Below are positions 12,316 through 26,747 of a DNA stretch of 64,000 nt, in pieces. Below the pieces are notes generated by a model, which was given only the letters and a program-made list of their open reading frames with translations, had not been told where the DNA came from and ran no database searches. The DNA comes from Dimorphilus gyrociliatus (Eukaryota > Animalia > Annelida). Location of the stretch: assembly GCA_904063045.1 (NCBI GenBank), contig CAJFCJ010000020.1:1046916-1110915 (forward strand). Reading direction: 5' to 3'. Made by a program: the position numbers and the translations under genes. The stretch's first letter is position 1. Each line of letters opens with the position of its first letter.

Positions 12316-15300
12316 ATGATTTTCGTATTAATACTCCTAAGTCTTCCATCCGGATTATACTCCCAATGGTACGCACATGACTATTGGAATTCGAGATTTG
12401 GCGCTCAGGGGATAAACCATCCAAGTAAGTTAAAAATCACCATTTTTGTTTTATTTTCAAATAAAGTAGAATAGTCAATTAAAAAATGAAATTTTAAAAT
12501 TTCAAAGTAAAAGAAAAGAACTTTTTTCTTTAAAAAAAAAGGAGAAAACATGCCAACTAAAGTATTTTATGACATTATCTAATTTTTCGTTTTATAAAAG
12601 ACTCTCATTTTACTGGAATGTGGTCGCATACCGGTAATCGTTACGAAAACTACGGTCCACATCCAAGTGTCTATAACTCGAGAACCTGTAGTGGAGGATG
12701 TACTTGTAACGAACTAGAGTTTTCCGTTAAAAACTGCTATTCAACAAGTGTTACTATAAGAAGTTATGTTTTTCATAACTTTACAGACTTATCGTTTAGG
12801 GATTCAGTACAACAAATGTAAGTAGGTCTCGTTGTTTTTAAATATAGATTGTAAATATTGTATAATTTAATAGCTCTGTCTACCTCTGTGCTGATTTTGT
12901 TGGATTTGGAAATGCAACTTTCCTTCATTTAAATAATCTACGAACGATGTTTGTATATTTATATAAGCTTTATTATTATTATAATAATTAATTATTCTGC
13001 TTTTAATTAAAGATCAATAAGTCGAACAGGTTTAATTCACTTTCCTAATATACAGGGGACCAAAGTTGTTGATTTGTATGATTTTTTTCTTTTTCTTCAT
13101 TCATTTATCTATATCATTAAAGATATTTTTCTTTTATTAATCAATTAGATTATTAATGAAAAATAAAATAAGATTCTTCATTGGCAATCATACAAACTTT
13201 ATCTGGCCTGATGAAACTACAAACATGTTTGTACACATAATAATAAAATAAATAATATTTTCAATATATTCTTCCCTTACCTGCCTTCTCCGCTCAGAAA
13301 TTTGGCCGACAACGAAATTGATTGGGTCCCGCCAAGAATGTTTAGTAATTCAAAAATTAAATACCTGTAAGTGGTATTTATGTACACTTTTTTTATATGC
13401 TATAGATGTTGTTCTATCGTTTAAATATAGGGGTTTGTCAAAAAACAAAATATGGTATTTTCCTTCGGAAGCTGTTGAAGATATGCCAGAATTATTATAT
13501 TTGTAATATACTCATAAAACTACTAAAACACACTTTATTGTATTTTTCTCTTCTTATACGAAAAAACAGAGGTTTAAGCGAAAATGAAATTAAAACCATA
13601 TCAAGCAACCATCTTAGAGCTCTTTCTGGTTCGGTGTTTCAGCATCTGTAAGTCAAAACTTCTAGCATATTCTTTTCTATTTTTAGTTAGAAGTAACAGT
13701 TTATTTTTTTTTAATTAATTATACAAAAGGAATGGATAGGTTTTATTGACAATAATTGTAAGCAAGCGGTAGTTTATTAGTGTTAGAAAAATTCCATTCA
13801 GCTTTGTATACTCTACGTGATCTACCCGAAAAAAGAACATAAACTGTATATCTATATTGTATAAAGAAAAGAAAATCGAACAAAAAACATAAATTAGTCC
13901 TTTGTTTCATTTATTATATATATAACGGATAATTTATTAAAATTAACATTCCTTTATAAACGTTTTCCTCCCATCAGAAACGTCAGCAATAATCTGATCT
14001 ACGATATTCAACCTGGAGCCTTGTCGCAGATAACAACTTTAAAGATATTGTATTAATAATTTTAAATATTCTATAATTTAAGCTTTCTTCATTCCTCTCT
14101 TTTCTCTCTTCTATTTTTAGGGAGTTACACAACAACAAATTGGACAGAATTCAATACGGAGTATTTAAGAATATTACCAATATTGTATACATGTTTGTAG
14201 AGTATACTATTTAATATTATTATCTAAAATACATAACTCTCCCTCCCGACAAACAGTGGTTTACATCGAAACAGTCTAACAATACTGGAACAGGGAGTTT
14301 TTACTGATTTACCTCTATTGAGGGAATTGAGACTACACACTCAAAGGCCTCACTTAACTAATATCTATTATAACGCATTCGATAATCTTCCAAGATTATA
14401 CGAACTGTAAGTCATCCATACGATGTTAGTTTCTTTCGTATTATTAATGCTTATGTATTCTTTACAGATGGGTTAGCGACAACAGGTTAAGAAGTTTTCC
14501 CCATCAAGTTCTCTCTCACCAACCATATATCTACTTACATTCAGTGTAAGTATCCAAATCTTAGATGATTGAATTGTACGCCACCTAGACTACATTATAT
14601 AATTCAAATAAATTATACAAAACGTTAGATGGCGTCTTTAGACTAAAACTCTGTAAAATTATCATTGAGGTTTTCAACTTGGAGCCTGAAAGTAAAATTG
14701 ATATCTTTTCTTTCCTATCTTTCTTTAAGCTGGGCGGATCGTAATTTAATTAATGATCCTCTACATTACGGAAGCGATGGTTTTCCAATTAAGGGTAGCA
14801 CATACGAAGGCCGACGAAAATTTTGGAAAAAATGGATGGAAGTTAACAGATATAATACGATACGCCGACTTTCGCTCAGTTATAATGGAATGACTAAACT
14901 TGGACCTGATGATTTCTGCGAGTTGATAAATTTAAATTATTTATGGCTAGATGGGAATCTTCTAGACGACACAACAGTTCCGGAAAATGCTTTTGCGTGT
15001 CTAAGAAATCTTGTATATCTGTAAGTTTATACCGATAATTTCGTTGTGTTTCTACTCGTTTCATTTGTAGGAGAAAATCTCCGTATAAACACACGCTAAC
15101 ATGTTGACTTAGAAGCGAAAAAATTCTATTAATTAGTTATTAGTTATTACGTAGAAGATATATCTATATACTGCATATATATATATATTATACTATTTAA
15201 AAGAATAGGATCGTATTTTACTAAGAAATAAGTAATTCCTACTTACCGGTGAAGAAAAGGAATTGTACAAGGTTTAACATTTAAAAGTACGTTATAAAAG

Positions 15301-18300
15301 GCGTCTAATAGGAGTAGATTAAAGGAAAACTTTTGCCGTTCTTTAGTCCGGTTTAGGGATATTCATTACCAAGTTTCTTGTTGAAGAATATCATTTAAGA
15401 TGTAAGCCTACTATAAAATTTACTAACAAGTCTTTGACTAATGAAAACTATACCTGACTATTGAATAACGTTGATATTGTTTCTTTTCTTTTAGTAATCT
15501 TGGAGTTAATCGGTTTCAAAATGTTCCGTTATCAGTAAAGAGCGGGGACAACTTGCCAAGGATTCTCACGCTACATATATATTCAAATAGGATAACTTAT
15601 ATTGAAAAGGGCGATTTTTCAGAACTCTCTACTCTTCAAAATTTGTAAGTTGACCTATATAATTAATATTTCTTTCTAAATCGATAATAAGAATAACTTT
15701 TACCTCCCTTCCTTTGAAAGATACCTGCAATCCAACCAGATAACGACTGCAGAAGATGGCTCCTTTCCAACACAGGCGCTTTATCGACTGTACGTATTAC
15801 TGTATATTGTGTATAAATATTAATAATTAATACTTAAATAATGAATTCTATATCAACAGTTACCTGAACTCTAATAGATTTAAATTTACGCATACATCAC
15901 CATTTCATAATTTGAGCAGAGTCATTATTATTAACTTATCTGACAATAGAATTGACGTTATACCTGACAATGCATTCAGTGGTTGTACGGCTCTAACATA
16001 TATGTAAGTATAAGGAAATATATAAAACCAACAAATTATACAATATACTGTATACATACATTTATAGGTATATAACTAATAACCAAGTAAAGAGATTATT
16101 GAAAAATCAGTTTCAAGACTGCCCTTTGTCAGTTATTTTCGAGGGATCCAATAATGATATCAGTTATATAGAAGATGGAACATTCAGTCATATTGTATCA
16201 ATAACCTATTTTTACTTTGGTAATAATAAGTTAACTGAACTTATGAGGGGAGGAGATTTTTATGATGTAACTCATTATAGCCCTGTATTTGATAATAATC
16301 GTATAACAAGAATAAAAAGTGGTACATTTAAAGATTACAGGGTAACCAATCATCTGTAAGTAAACATAAACCAACTTGTAATTAATTAAAATATGCCAAT
16401 TAAGATGATAAACTATGCATATTTGTTTATTTTTAAAAAATAACAGAAATATTCAATCAAATCGTATATCCGTTATTGAACCGTACGCTTTCGTAAACGT
16501 CTATGTGACGTATCATATCTATCTGAGAAATAATTTACTAAATACTCTTGAACCGTACGCCTTCATAAATTTGAGATGTCAAATACTGTAAGTAAATTAT
16601 TATATATTAATAATACTGTCCTGATATCATATGTAATTAATTGATTAAATAGATACCTGAATAACATGAAAATAACCCATGTTGCAAAGAATGTATTCCG
16701 AGGAATGAGCATAAATTTCCTTTATTTGCAAAGTAATAACATAGAATACATTGAAGAAGGAGCTTTTGACGGTCGAGTCAACTATGATCTGTATGCATCT
16801 AAAGACTATAATTACATTAAATATTCTAATTAAACCGACGTTTCTATTTTAAGTCACCTTAATAGTAACGGATTGAAGCATGTTAAAGGTCAAATGTTTA
16901 CTACTGGTAGTTCTGTTGGCCGAACTCTATATATGGGGTACAATAAGCTAAAAGCACTACCAGCAAACGCTTTTGCAGGTATAACAGTTGGGAATGTGTG
17001 AGTAGACTTTTTTTAACTTTAAAGGGATTTTCTTCTCTTTTTTCCCATTTTCAGAGATCTAAGATATAATGAATTATACGCCTATCCCGAAGCTTTAAAT
17101 CCCCTTTTTTTAAGATATATGTAAATATTTTTATTATTAATTATTACATTTACATAATTATCAGAATATTAATTAAGGTTATATTGACTTTTAAGAGATT
17201 TGAGTGGAAATCAGATCAGCGAAATTTTACCAAGCCAATTTGTTGGACAATCTCAAATTTTAACTCTAAGTTTAAATAATAACCAATTAACTTCTCTACC
17301 GAAGGAAACGTTAGCACCACTTGTTAACTTGCAAACTTTGTAAGTAGCTTTTTTAATTTCTTTAGTGTTTTTTTTTTATATGAAAACTTTATTCCTTTTG
17401 GCTTTAAATAGTTCAGCTCAAAGCAACCAACTAAAATTCATCGATACTGACATGTTTGAAGGATTGTTTAAGCTTACGTCTATTGACTTAAGTAGAAATG
17501 ATTTGTCGTCCATTGGGAAATTTCCAAATTTAACCTCATTAACAACGTTAAACTTGGGATATAATAGAATAAATTCCGTTGCATATAATTTTGTTGAATA
17601 TCTCAATCACTTCGGATCATTTAATAGTTTGTAAGTAATAGTTTGTAATTAGCTGTCTTCGCTTTCTTTTGAAGACTACTGATAGTTTTATAGATGTAAT
17701 TATTTCTATTGATTAATTTTTTCTCCCTTTTATAGATTCCTAACATCTAATCCGCTGGCTTGCGATTGTTTTATGTATAGCGCTATGCTGGATCAAGAAG
17801 AGGCCATAAAGGGAGCTACATGTTCAAGTCCTACAGCCCTAACTGGAACTGTGTTCTCATACACTAGCCGAAATAGTCCTACGTATTTCCAAAAGAAAAA
17901 TGATAATTTATTCTCATGCTGTAAGTCCTAGTTAATCTCTCTACTCTTCCTCGTTTCTCTTTCGCCAATGGCACGGATTGAAATTCATTAAAATTATCGT
18001 TTATCTGTAGCGGCGGGTAATGTCACCGCATCAGCCCCTGGAAACGAACAAATACTGGTTGAATGGGATCATCCACCTACAGCATACTATAATGGGCCTG
18101 CCGGCGATCCAGTAACCGATGGATGGTAAGCATTATACTGCACATTTTGCGGAAACGCAATTATCTCAAAATGACAACTCGAAGAGAGGAAGACAAAGAA
18201 TTAATGAAATAATTATATTAAATAGGCAATATCATGTGAAATGCGAATCTGACGTTTCGGGAACAATTACGACGACAACGAGTAATACGCAAGTATTACT

Positions 18301-21300
18301 ACAGAAAAGCGACGGTGTTGTGGGTGATATCCAATACAGATGTAGTGTCGCTCTCGAATTACCTGGGCCTGTAATTAGTGGCTACAGCTACCCTGGAATA
18401 ATAACTACTTTAGCTCCAGTTGTTGCGGCTAATACAACAATCAAAGCCGACGACATCATCCTACCAGTTAGTTACTATGATTTCGAGTAAGTCAAGATTG
18501 TTTCCACGTTTAAAAGAAATAATTTCATTACAATACAAATATTTGAATAGCTACTTGCACAAAGACTTTAACAATATTGGAACAGATACATTCTCTAATC
18601 CAAAGTATGTTCCCAGTCCTTATGGAGCTTGGCTTGCAATTTCAAATACTCCAAGTGCCGATAGTTTTTCTGACTGGTTTAGAAAAATCAATACAAATTA
18701 CGAATATAAAAGATCTATTCTTTTAGAAGGTCTAACAACTACTCTACCAACGAATAGATATTTTTCCAGTGCATTCTTCCCAGTCGATGGTCTTGGTTTC
18801 GGAGACCAAAATCAAAGGGATTGCGATACTAATAGGCATAATTTCGGGTAAGACAGAATTACAACGCAAATTCACTACTTAACTTTGAAGTTACGAATTC
18901 GTACTATACTATTGTATCTTATTACTACTGTAGATTTACATCGGCTATTCGTACTGGATTTGTGTATAAAGGTATTGAGAACATAACAATTGGCGGAGGA
19001 GAAGAAATTTGGCTTTACTTAAATCGGAAATTAATTATCCAAATTAAGACTCCAGCATTAGATACAACAATAAGATGTATGCGAGTTAATTTGTCTCCAG
19101 CGGCTGCTGTAAGTATTTTAAAATTTCCTTTCATCCGTTCGTAGAATGATTATTAAAACCTTCTATATAATACATGAAATAAAATAGAATGGTGGTGGCT
19201 TTATTATACCAGAAGAAGGTTTAGTTACTGGAGGTGTATGCAACATAATTGGACCTGTTGAATCCCAAAAGGTTCATCTAGATCTTGATGTAAGTGACAA
19301 AATTTTCTCCCGATTCCCTCACTAGATAAATAAATAAAACTCTTTTCCTTTTTAAGATTACGGAACGCTATCATTTCACAATCTTTCATACGGAACGAAG
19401 AATGTGCAAATCGAACTTATTCATCGAAACGCAGAGCGTACAATTTATTTTAGACCCAATTGAAGAACCTCCCAAGGATTATCTTGTAAAAGTTGCAGAA
19501 GATGCTCATGAGCATGCTATAGTAGAAACTATTTTCCTGGCAGATACTTTCTCAGCAGGTCCACCTTTCAAAGTTAATATAATAAGGGGTAATTAATATA
19601 AAAATACATCTTTCCGCAATGTTATTTTCTATAACGACTTTCTTTTTGCCATTCTTTTAAAAAAAGGGAACGAAGCAAGGCATTTTACAATAAAAGATAA
19701 TAATGCAGCTAATCAATTAGCCGCAGTTCCCCCTCCAGTAGTACCACCAGTTTACACAAATATCGATGGAATAAATTTTGTTGGTAACTATCGTTTAATG
19801 TTACAAACTGATAATATAAAATTCAATAACTAAAATCCTTATTCTTTTCAACAGAATGCTCTGGTCCTGCTGTTAAGATTCCTGAGGGAAATTATACAAC
19901 AGTAGACAAGTTTACAATTGCTACAGAAACCTTAATCGCAACGGTTAATAATACTCTAGATTATGAAGTTGAAAAAGAGTATACTCTAATCTTAGAAGTA
20001 ATCGATTATTTGAAAGCTACACCATTAACTGGCCAAGTTACATTAAAGGTGAATAAAGCGTGAATTATAGCCGATGCTTACTATGTCGTTAACAAAGGAG
20101 AACAGAAAAGATAATTTCCTGCGTAGAACCATGATCAGGATTCGGCTGTTGCTGAAGTACAGACTGCACACGTATCAGCATCAGCTGGATAATGATTATA
20201 GGGCTACGTGTTACATCTTTCTTTTGCAACACAAAAATTTGTTATTCTATTCACCATCATTAGACGTCTTTAAATATTTGTTCTTTTTGTTTAATTTATT
20301 TAGGTCAAGGTGCAGGACGTAAATGATAATTGTCCAATTTTATCAAATAGGTATAGCAACTTATTCCTCAAGCTCTTGCAGAAAACTTAAAATTATACTC
20401 TTATTTTTCTCCAGGGAATACTTTTACGTTGCAAATCCAGCTCTTCAGCCAACCCCTATTGTAGCCCTTAACGCTTCTGATGAAGACAGTACAATAAATA
20501 AGGAATTGTTTTATCGTCGAAGTAATGTAGTTATTGAGTAAGTTTGCCTGATTAGAATTTATAAAACACATGATAGACTCGCTTTATGTATTGATATATC
20601 TATACAGTATGCATAAATTGTTTCCTTTGCAGTCCACCATTGGATTTGAATCAAACGCTGGACTTACGAAAGGTCATATATGTACGAACGACAAATATGA
20701 CATTCCGAGTAGTAGTAACAGACGGTGGACAGCCAACTAGAGGTACTTTTGCCAATGTTACAGTGGAACTAAGTAATTCCTGTCTAGTGGATGTCTTCTA
20801 TAATCCGATTGAATATAATTACGATGTTGATAATAGGACAGGAGATGTAAGATTAAGAATTCCTCGCTATTGGCATAGAGCATTTGGTAAGAAGAAATAA
20901 AATCCTCTAATAATAGGGATAATATAAAAATGTTAATCTTTCAGAGTGTCTGAAAATACTTGGAATGCAAAAGGGTTTTATACCTGACTCTCTACTATCG
21001 GCATCATCGTCTAAACGACGTAGCCAACCGGGAAGGTCAAGATTGAATATGACAACTCTTAGTGGTAAGTAGTCATGTTTGACATATAATTATTATTATT
21101 ATAATTATTACTATTATTTAGATTTTTACGATAGTCTCACTGGAGGATGGTCGCCCGAAATAGAGGATGAAAATCAGTGGATTCAAGTCAGTCTAAGCGT
21201 TCCGCATATCATCCGAAAAATTCAATTACAAGGCCAAGATAGCGCTGATTATTGGATTACTACGTTTAGAGTCACTTATAGCGATGATAATGTCATTTGG

Positions 21301-24300
21301 AAAGATTTTGCTATTGATGGTTTTGTGCCTCCTGTTAACTGCACAAACTCCTCGTGTTTTTACCAATTAAACGGTACCTCAGATAGAGATACTATTACAG
21401 AAATCTCTTTCGAACCGCCCATTTACGCTCAATATCTAAGAATTCACCCATTAACATGGAATAATGTACCTTCCATGCGATTCGAATTAATAGGGTGCCA
21501 ACAAGAAGAGAAACATTTTCACGACGTTTCTTGCAAACGATGCGAAGCAACGTGGTATTGTCTAGGTGATGGAATTAGGCGGCCGTGTGGTAGATGCTCA
21601 GAAAATGAAACTTGTAATGTTAAACCAACGGAACATTCGTTTGGCATGGCTGAAGAATGTACCTTTTGTCCTTTTGGATGGGTTCGTACTATCTTTAGTT
21701 TGGTTTTTTTTACATAAAATATTAACAATCAAACAAATTTTCAGAAATGCTCAAAAGGTTATGCAACGCCTTGTAATCCAGGATATTATTCAATATGCAA
21801 TGATACTTTCTGTCCAGAAAGCTGTAAGATTTGCGAAGAAGGGTATTCTTGTAGAGGAGGAAAAAAATACGAATGCCATCTTGGAACGTTTTCAAAAGAA
21901 GGACAAGGTAAACCCTTTAATCTGGCAATTAAATATAATATACGTTTATTTCCAATAACGACTCTTTATTTGCAGAATACTGTACTATGTGTCGTCCGGG
22001 CACGTATCAAAATCAGACAGGCCAAACTGAATGTCTAAATTGCCCAAAAGGCTTTACAACATCCAAAATGAAGGATAGATGTAATCCTTGCCCTTTTGGC
22101 TCTTATTCGGATGGAACTGGGCAAAATTGTCAAGCGTGTACAGGGCCTTCGGATTGTCCTTGTATGAAAACCCCATCGCCTTGTTTTAATACGTCAGATC
22201 ATTCCGCCTTGTGCGTTAACACTGGTTCGAATAGCTTTGCTTGCCTTGCTTGTCCACCCGGATACGAGGGTGACGGAATTACGTGTACAGATATAGATGA
22301 GGTACCAAGATTATTAAATTTATAAAAATTTGAACCTAAACAAAATAATATAATATTCAGTGTGCTACAATATCGCCTTGCTGGAACAAGACTGATTGTA
22401 GGAACACAGTACCAGGTTATCAGTGTGAAGAGTGTCGTGCTGGCTATACCGGTAGTTTCGAGGATGGTATGGGAAATAAAATATTTCAAAGAACTTTTGC
22501 CGATTGCAATAAGAAACACGACGAAATAGTAATACAGTCGTGTAACGACATAGACGAAGTAAGTTGAAGACTAGATGCATTAAATTTTATTTATCAATGC
22601 GTGTCTTTAGTGCGAAACCAACAACGGAGGATGTGATCCGAATGCCTATTGTTATAATACTATTGTAAGTACATTTCATCGAATGTTGCCTATTCAAATT
22701 TTTCATTAAAAAATAGGGTTCCTTCAATTGTGGCACTTGTAAGGAAGGCTGGGTTGGAGATGCTTTTTACGGTTGCAAACCGGGAAATTTTTGTATGAGT
22801 GGAGAACACGAATGCCACAAACACGCTACGTGTCTTTATACCGGTCCTGGCGCCTACAAGTGCGAGGTATCTATATTAAAAATTCTGATATAATTAATTG
22901 AGCGCAATAAAAATAATTACTCTTACGCTAGTGTAACAACGGTTGGGCGGGCAACGGCTTTCTCTGTGGTTTAGATCCTGATCAAGATGGAATTGTCACA
23001 GTTCCGATCTCTTGTAATGAAAGAGCTTGTCGAAGGGTATACTTAGGTACAATTGTTAATTTTCTACTATATGTTCGCTAAATTTACTATAGGATAACTG
23101 CCCAACTGTACCAAATTCTGGTCAAGAAGATAATGATAAAGATTGGCTGGGTGATGTCTGTGACGACGATGATGACAACGACTCAGTTTTTGACTTTATG
23201 GTAAACTAATAGATCATATTAAATTAAAATTTAAGAGAAATACTATATGGTATATAATTTTAACAGGACAATTGTCCTTTTGTGAGTAACATAGGACAAA
23301 TTGACGTAGACAATGATGGAGTTGGTGACGCTTGCGATAATTGTATAAATGATTTTAATCCAACTCAAACGGATAGTGATAATGACGGTATTGGCGACGC
23401 TTGTGAAACAGACTCTGACGGTGACGGATTAATAGACACCGCAGATAATTGCCCACAGCACGCAAATCCAGGGCAGGAAGATGGAGACGGCGACAACGTA
23501 GGAGATGTATGCGATAATTGTCCAACGGTAGCAAATTCTGCTCAAACTGACACAGATCAGGATGGCATAGGAGATAGCTGTCACGATACAGATAAGTAAG
23601 TAAAACCCAAAATGAATAAAACAATATTTTTATCATTAATTATAATCAGAGACGGTGATGGAGTATTAGACTTTAAAGATAATTGCGTCATTGTACCTAA
23701 TGGTGACCAATCTGATACGGATGGAGATGGAATAGGTAATTTAATATAATCATTATTATTATTGATTGTTAAACCGATGATAGGATTTAAATTTTAAATA
23801 TTTTTTTTAAAAACCAACCAGGGGATGAATGTGACGATGACGTAGATGGAGATGGTATAGAAAATATTAAAGATAATTGTATTTACGTACCGAATATAGA
23901 TCAATTAGATGCCAACGGCAATCATTTGGGAGATGCTTGTGAAAATGACTTAGATAACGATGGTGTCATTGATACGTTTGACGTTTGCCCTAAGAACAAA
24001 CATGTGCAGAAAACCAATTTTAAGGATGGCACTGCTGTCATTGACTTATATCCTACCGATTCAGAGCCAAATGCTGGTTGGCTAATTCTCAACGACGGAA
24101 AGGAAGTTAGGCAAATTGTCAACACTAACGCAACATCAATGTTTATAGGTATTAACAATACTAATGATTGTTTTCAATTCAACTTATTTATTCACTAATT
24201 TATTCATTTGTTCATTCATTTATTTCGGAATTTGTCTTTCAGCCAGAGATAATCTAGGTCAAATGAATTATGAAGGCACTATGTTTGTTAACGCTGATTC

Positions 24301-26161
24301 TTGTCACGGCTACATTGGTTTCGTTTTCGGTTATCAAAATAATAAACGATTTTATGTAGCAATATGGCGACACATGCATTTAAATTATGGCAATACTCCA
24401 TATAGCGTTGGCTTAAGAGGACTTCAAATAAAGGTTTTGAATATTTTAACTAATTTATTTAACGAGTTATTACGTAATACTTATTCTTAGCTTGTCGATT
24501 CAACAATCACACCTAATCAGAACTTCGCTGAAGCACTATGGCATGTCCAAGATACGGCTAATATCCTAAATGTAATATGGCATGATCCAGAGCTAAGAGG
24601 ATGGAAGTGTAAAACTTCTTATAAATGGTATTTGACCCACAGACCGGATATAGGCTTAATAAGGTTCACAGAATCAATATCACTCTAATTAAAATTTTTA
24701 ATTTCCTGATGTTATATAGAGTCATTATCAAAGAGAACGAAGACCTTATACTCGACACCGGAGATCTATACGACACTAGGATTTCTGGTGGAAGAGTAGG
24801 TATACTGGTTCACAATCAACCCGGTGCAATTTTTTCGTATTTGAGATACCAGTGTACAGATAGGTGAGAAAAACAAATAATAAAATCTACAAGTCATTTC
24901 TTAATGGATACTCCTTATAGGGAAAATATGGCTTTGTCCCTGGACGGTGTTAATGATTATGCTGAATTATATGACATTATAGATCTTAAGCTCAACTTGA
25001 GGCAAGAAAATTTTATCTGCATACTAGTATCTTATTAACATTAAATTTAACTATTCTCCAGCGTTTCTATAGAGGCTTGGATAAAGCCAATATCGAAGGT
25101 TAATTCAACAAATCCTATAATTTGTACAGTGAATCACAAACTCTGTATTTGGGTAGAAAATGACCGATTGAATGCCCAGTATGGAGATGCAAAAATAACT
25201 GGAGCCACCATCATACCGGAGAATCACTGGACTCATATAGCCTTCCAATATAATGCTGAAGGTAAAATCTTTTGCTGTAATTAACGAAAGCATCCTTTTA
25301 ATTCTTTTATTTATTCCTTAAATAGAGTTAATTCTACAAATTTATGTTAACGGAACAAGTGGGGGTACGGACGCGGTTCAGACAGCTGTACCAATATATG
25401 ACTGGGTAATTGAAGATAATAAAGTTCAATTATTATGATTAAGATACTAATATCTATTTATTTAGGGCAACGTGACTGAAACAAATAATACCGTTCTTAT
25501 TGGGTCGGATTCTCAAGATTTTTATAAAGGTCAACTAGATGAAGTAAGTTCCCATCTAATTATACACGAAATATTTGATGATGACGAATTTTTTAATCAA
25601 TTTAATAGATCCGTTTTTACAATATTTTTATACCCACGGCGGAAATTGATCTTCATTGGCAAGACGCCAGTGCAGAAGACTTTGATCACCGACAATATAT
25701 GCAAAGTCATTTTAATATGGACCGTAATACTAATAGTTTGTATTTTCAGAATTATTATTAGTTAGTTGAGCTTTATTGTTAACTTTTTAATATAGTAACG
25801 TTTATCGATGATAAAAGCGATAAAAAACTTAACGCCAAAGTCTACGGGGAACCGAAGATAGTTTCTGTAAGATTTTTAAAATTATTCTCACTTTATAATA
25901 GGGTTCTACTCGACATATTTTCTTATTTTATTGCAGAGTACCCTCGATACAACAAGATTCCGAATGACTTATCCTTCTAATAAACGTAAAAGAAGGAGTG
26001 TTTCGTTTGACGAAAAAATCACAAAAGATGAAGTACCTGAAGACTTGATAGAGGACGAACACTTGAACAATATAGAGGACGATGAAATGAAAGGAACAAA
26101 TATTTTAATGGAATCTGAAGATGGATTCTCTCCTGACAACCATATAGAAATTATTCAATGA
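12316..26161 (+). CDS. Giant secreted thrombospondin-superfamily protein (mega-TSP-like): SP-LRR array-LRRCT-FN3-fibro-slime/PA14-cadherin-F5/8C-Cys-rich/GCC2_GCC3-EGF-TSP type 3-TSP C-terminal-LamG, several dozen exons
   Basis: Signal peptide [16 protein letters not shown] at 12316. Many phase-2 LRR exons at 13.0-17.6 kb, then NPLACDC LRRCT, LDYE and DVNDNCP cadherin motifs, QWIQVSL...SMRFELIGC discoidin, CTDIDEC EGF-Ca, DxDxDGxGDxCD type 3 repeats, [41 protein letters not shown] LamG. Ends after NKRKRRS with an acidic tail. Confidence 0.85.
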
Positions 26162-26747
26162 TGATTTCAAAAAACATACAATAGTAAAACGAAATTATTA
26201 ATAAACAATGAAGTAATCAACCATTTATTGATATATATATATTGTGTATCTCTGCATTTATACTTCCTGTAATCAAGTAACCAACCTTTCAAACTAAGCA
26301 TTAACTGTTTGCAATATATTTTATGTATAATGTTTGAGAAAAATATTTTATTTGCAATATATTTTTATTCTATCGCTAAACTTAGATTCTTTACTAAGGA
26401 CTCTTAAACTCTAAACACTTTCCGACGTCCACTTCTAGCTTCGTTAATTATAAATTTTATTATATTATATATCCTTGACCTTTCAATATTTTATTCGTCT
26501 TTTTAAACTGATTGGTAAGATTTTCTCCTATTGATAAAGTGTCCTTTTTTTAGAGTAGTTCATTAAGTTCTCCCCAACGTGGTTAAATCTACAATTAAAG
26601 TGGTATAGTGTTCCGTTTCCAAAAAATTGGTTGAACTGTACAAGGAACACCTATCAGAAAGAAACTAATTCGACGAAATATTCATTATTGTCGCATCACT
26701 TCTGCTATCGCTCATTTCAATATTAATTTGAATTTAGCGTGTTCATT

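Noticed and set aside
22980-24000. Periodic DxDxDG repeats as CRISPR or tandem array
   Set aside because: They are thrombospondin type 3 coding repeats interrupted by introns
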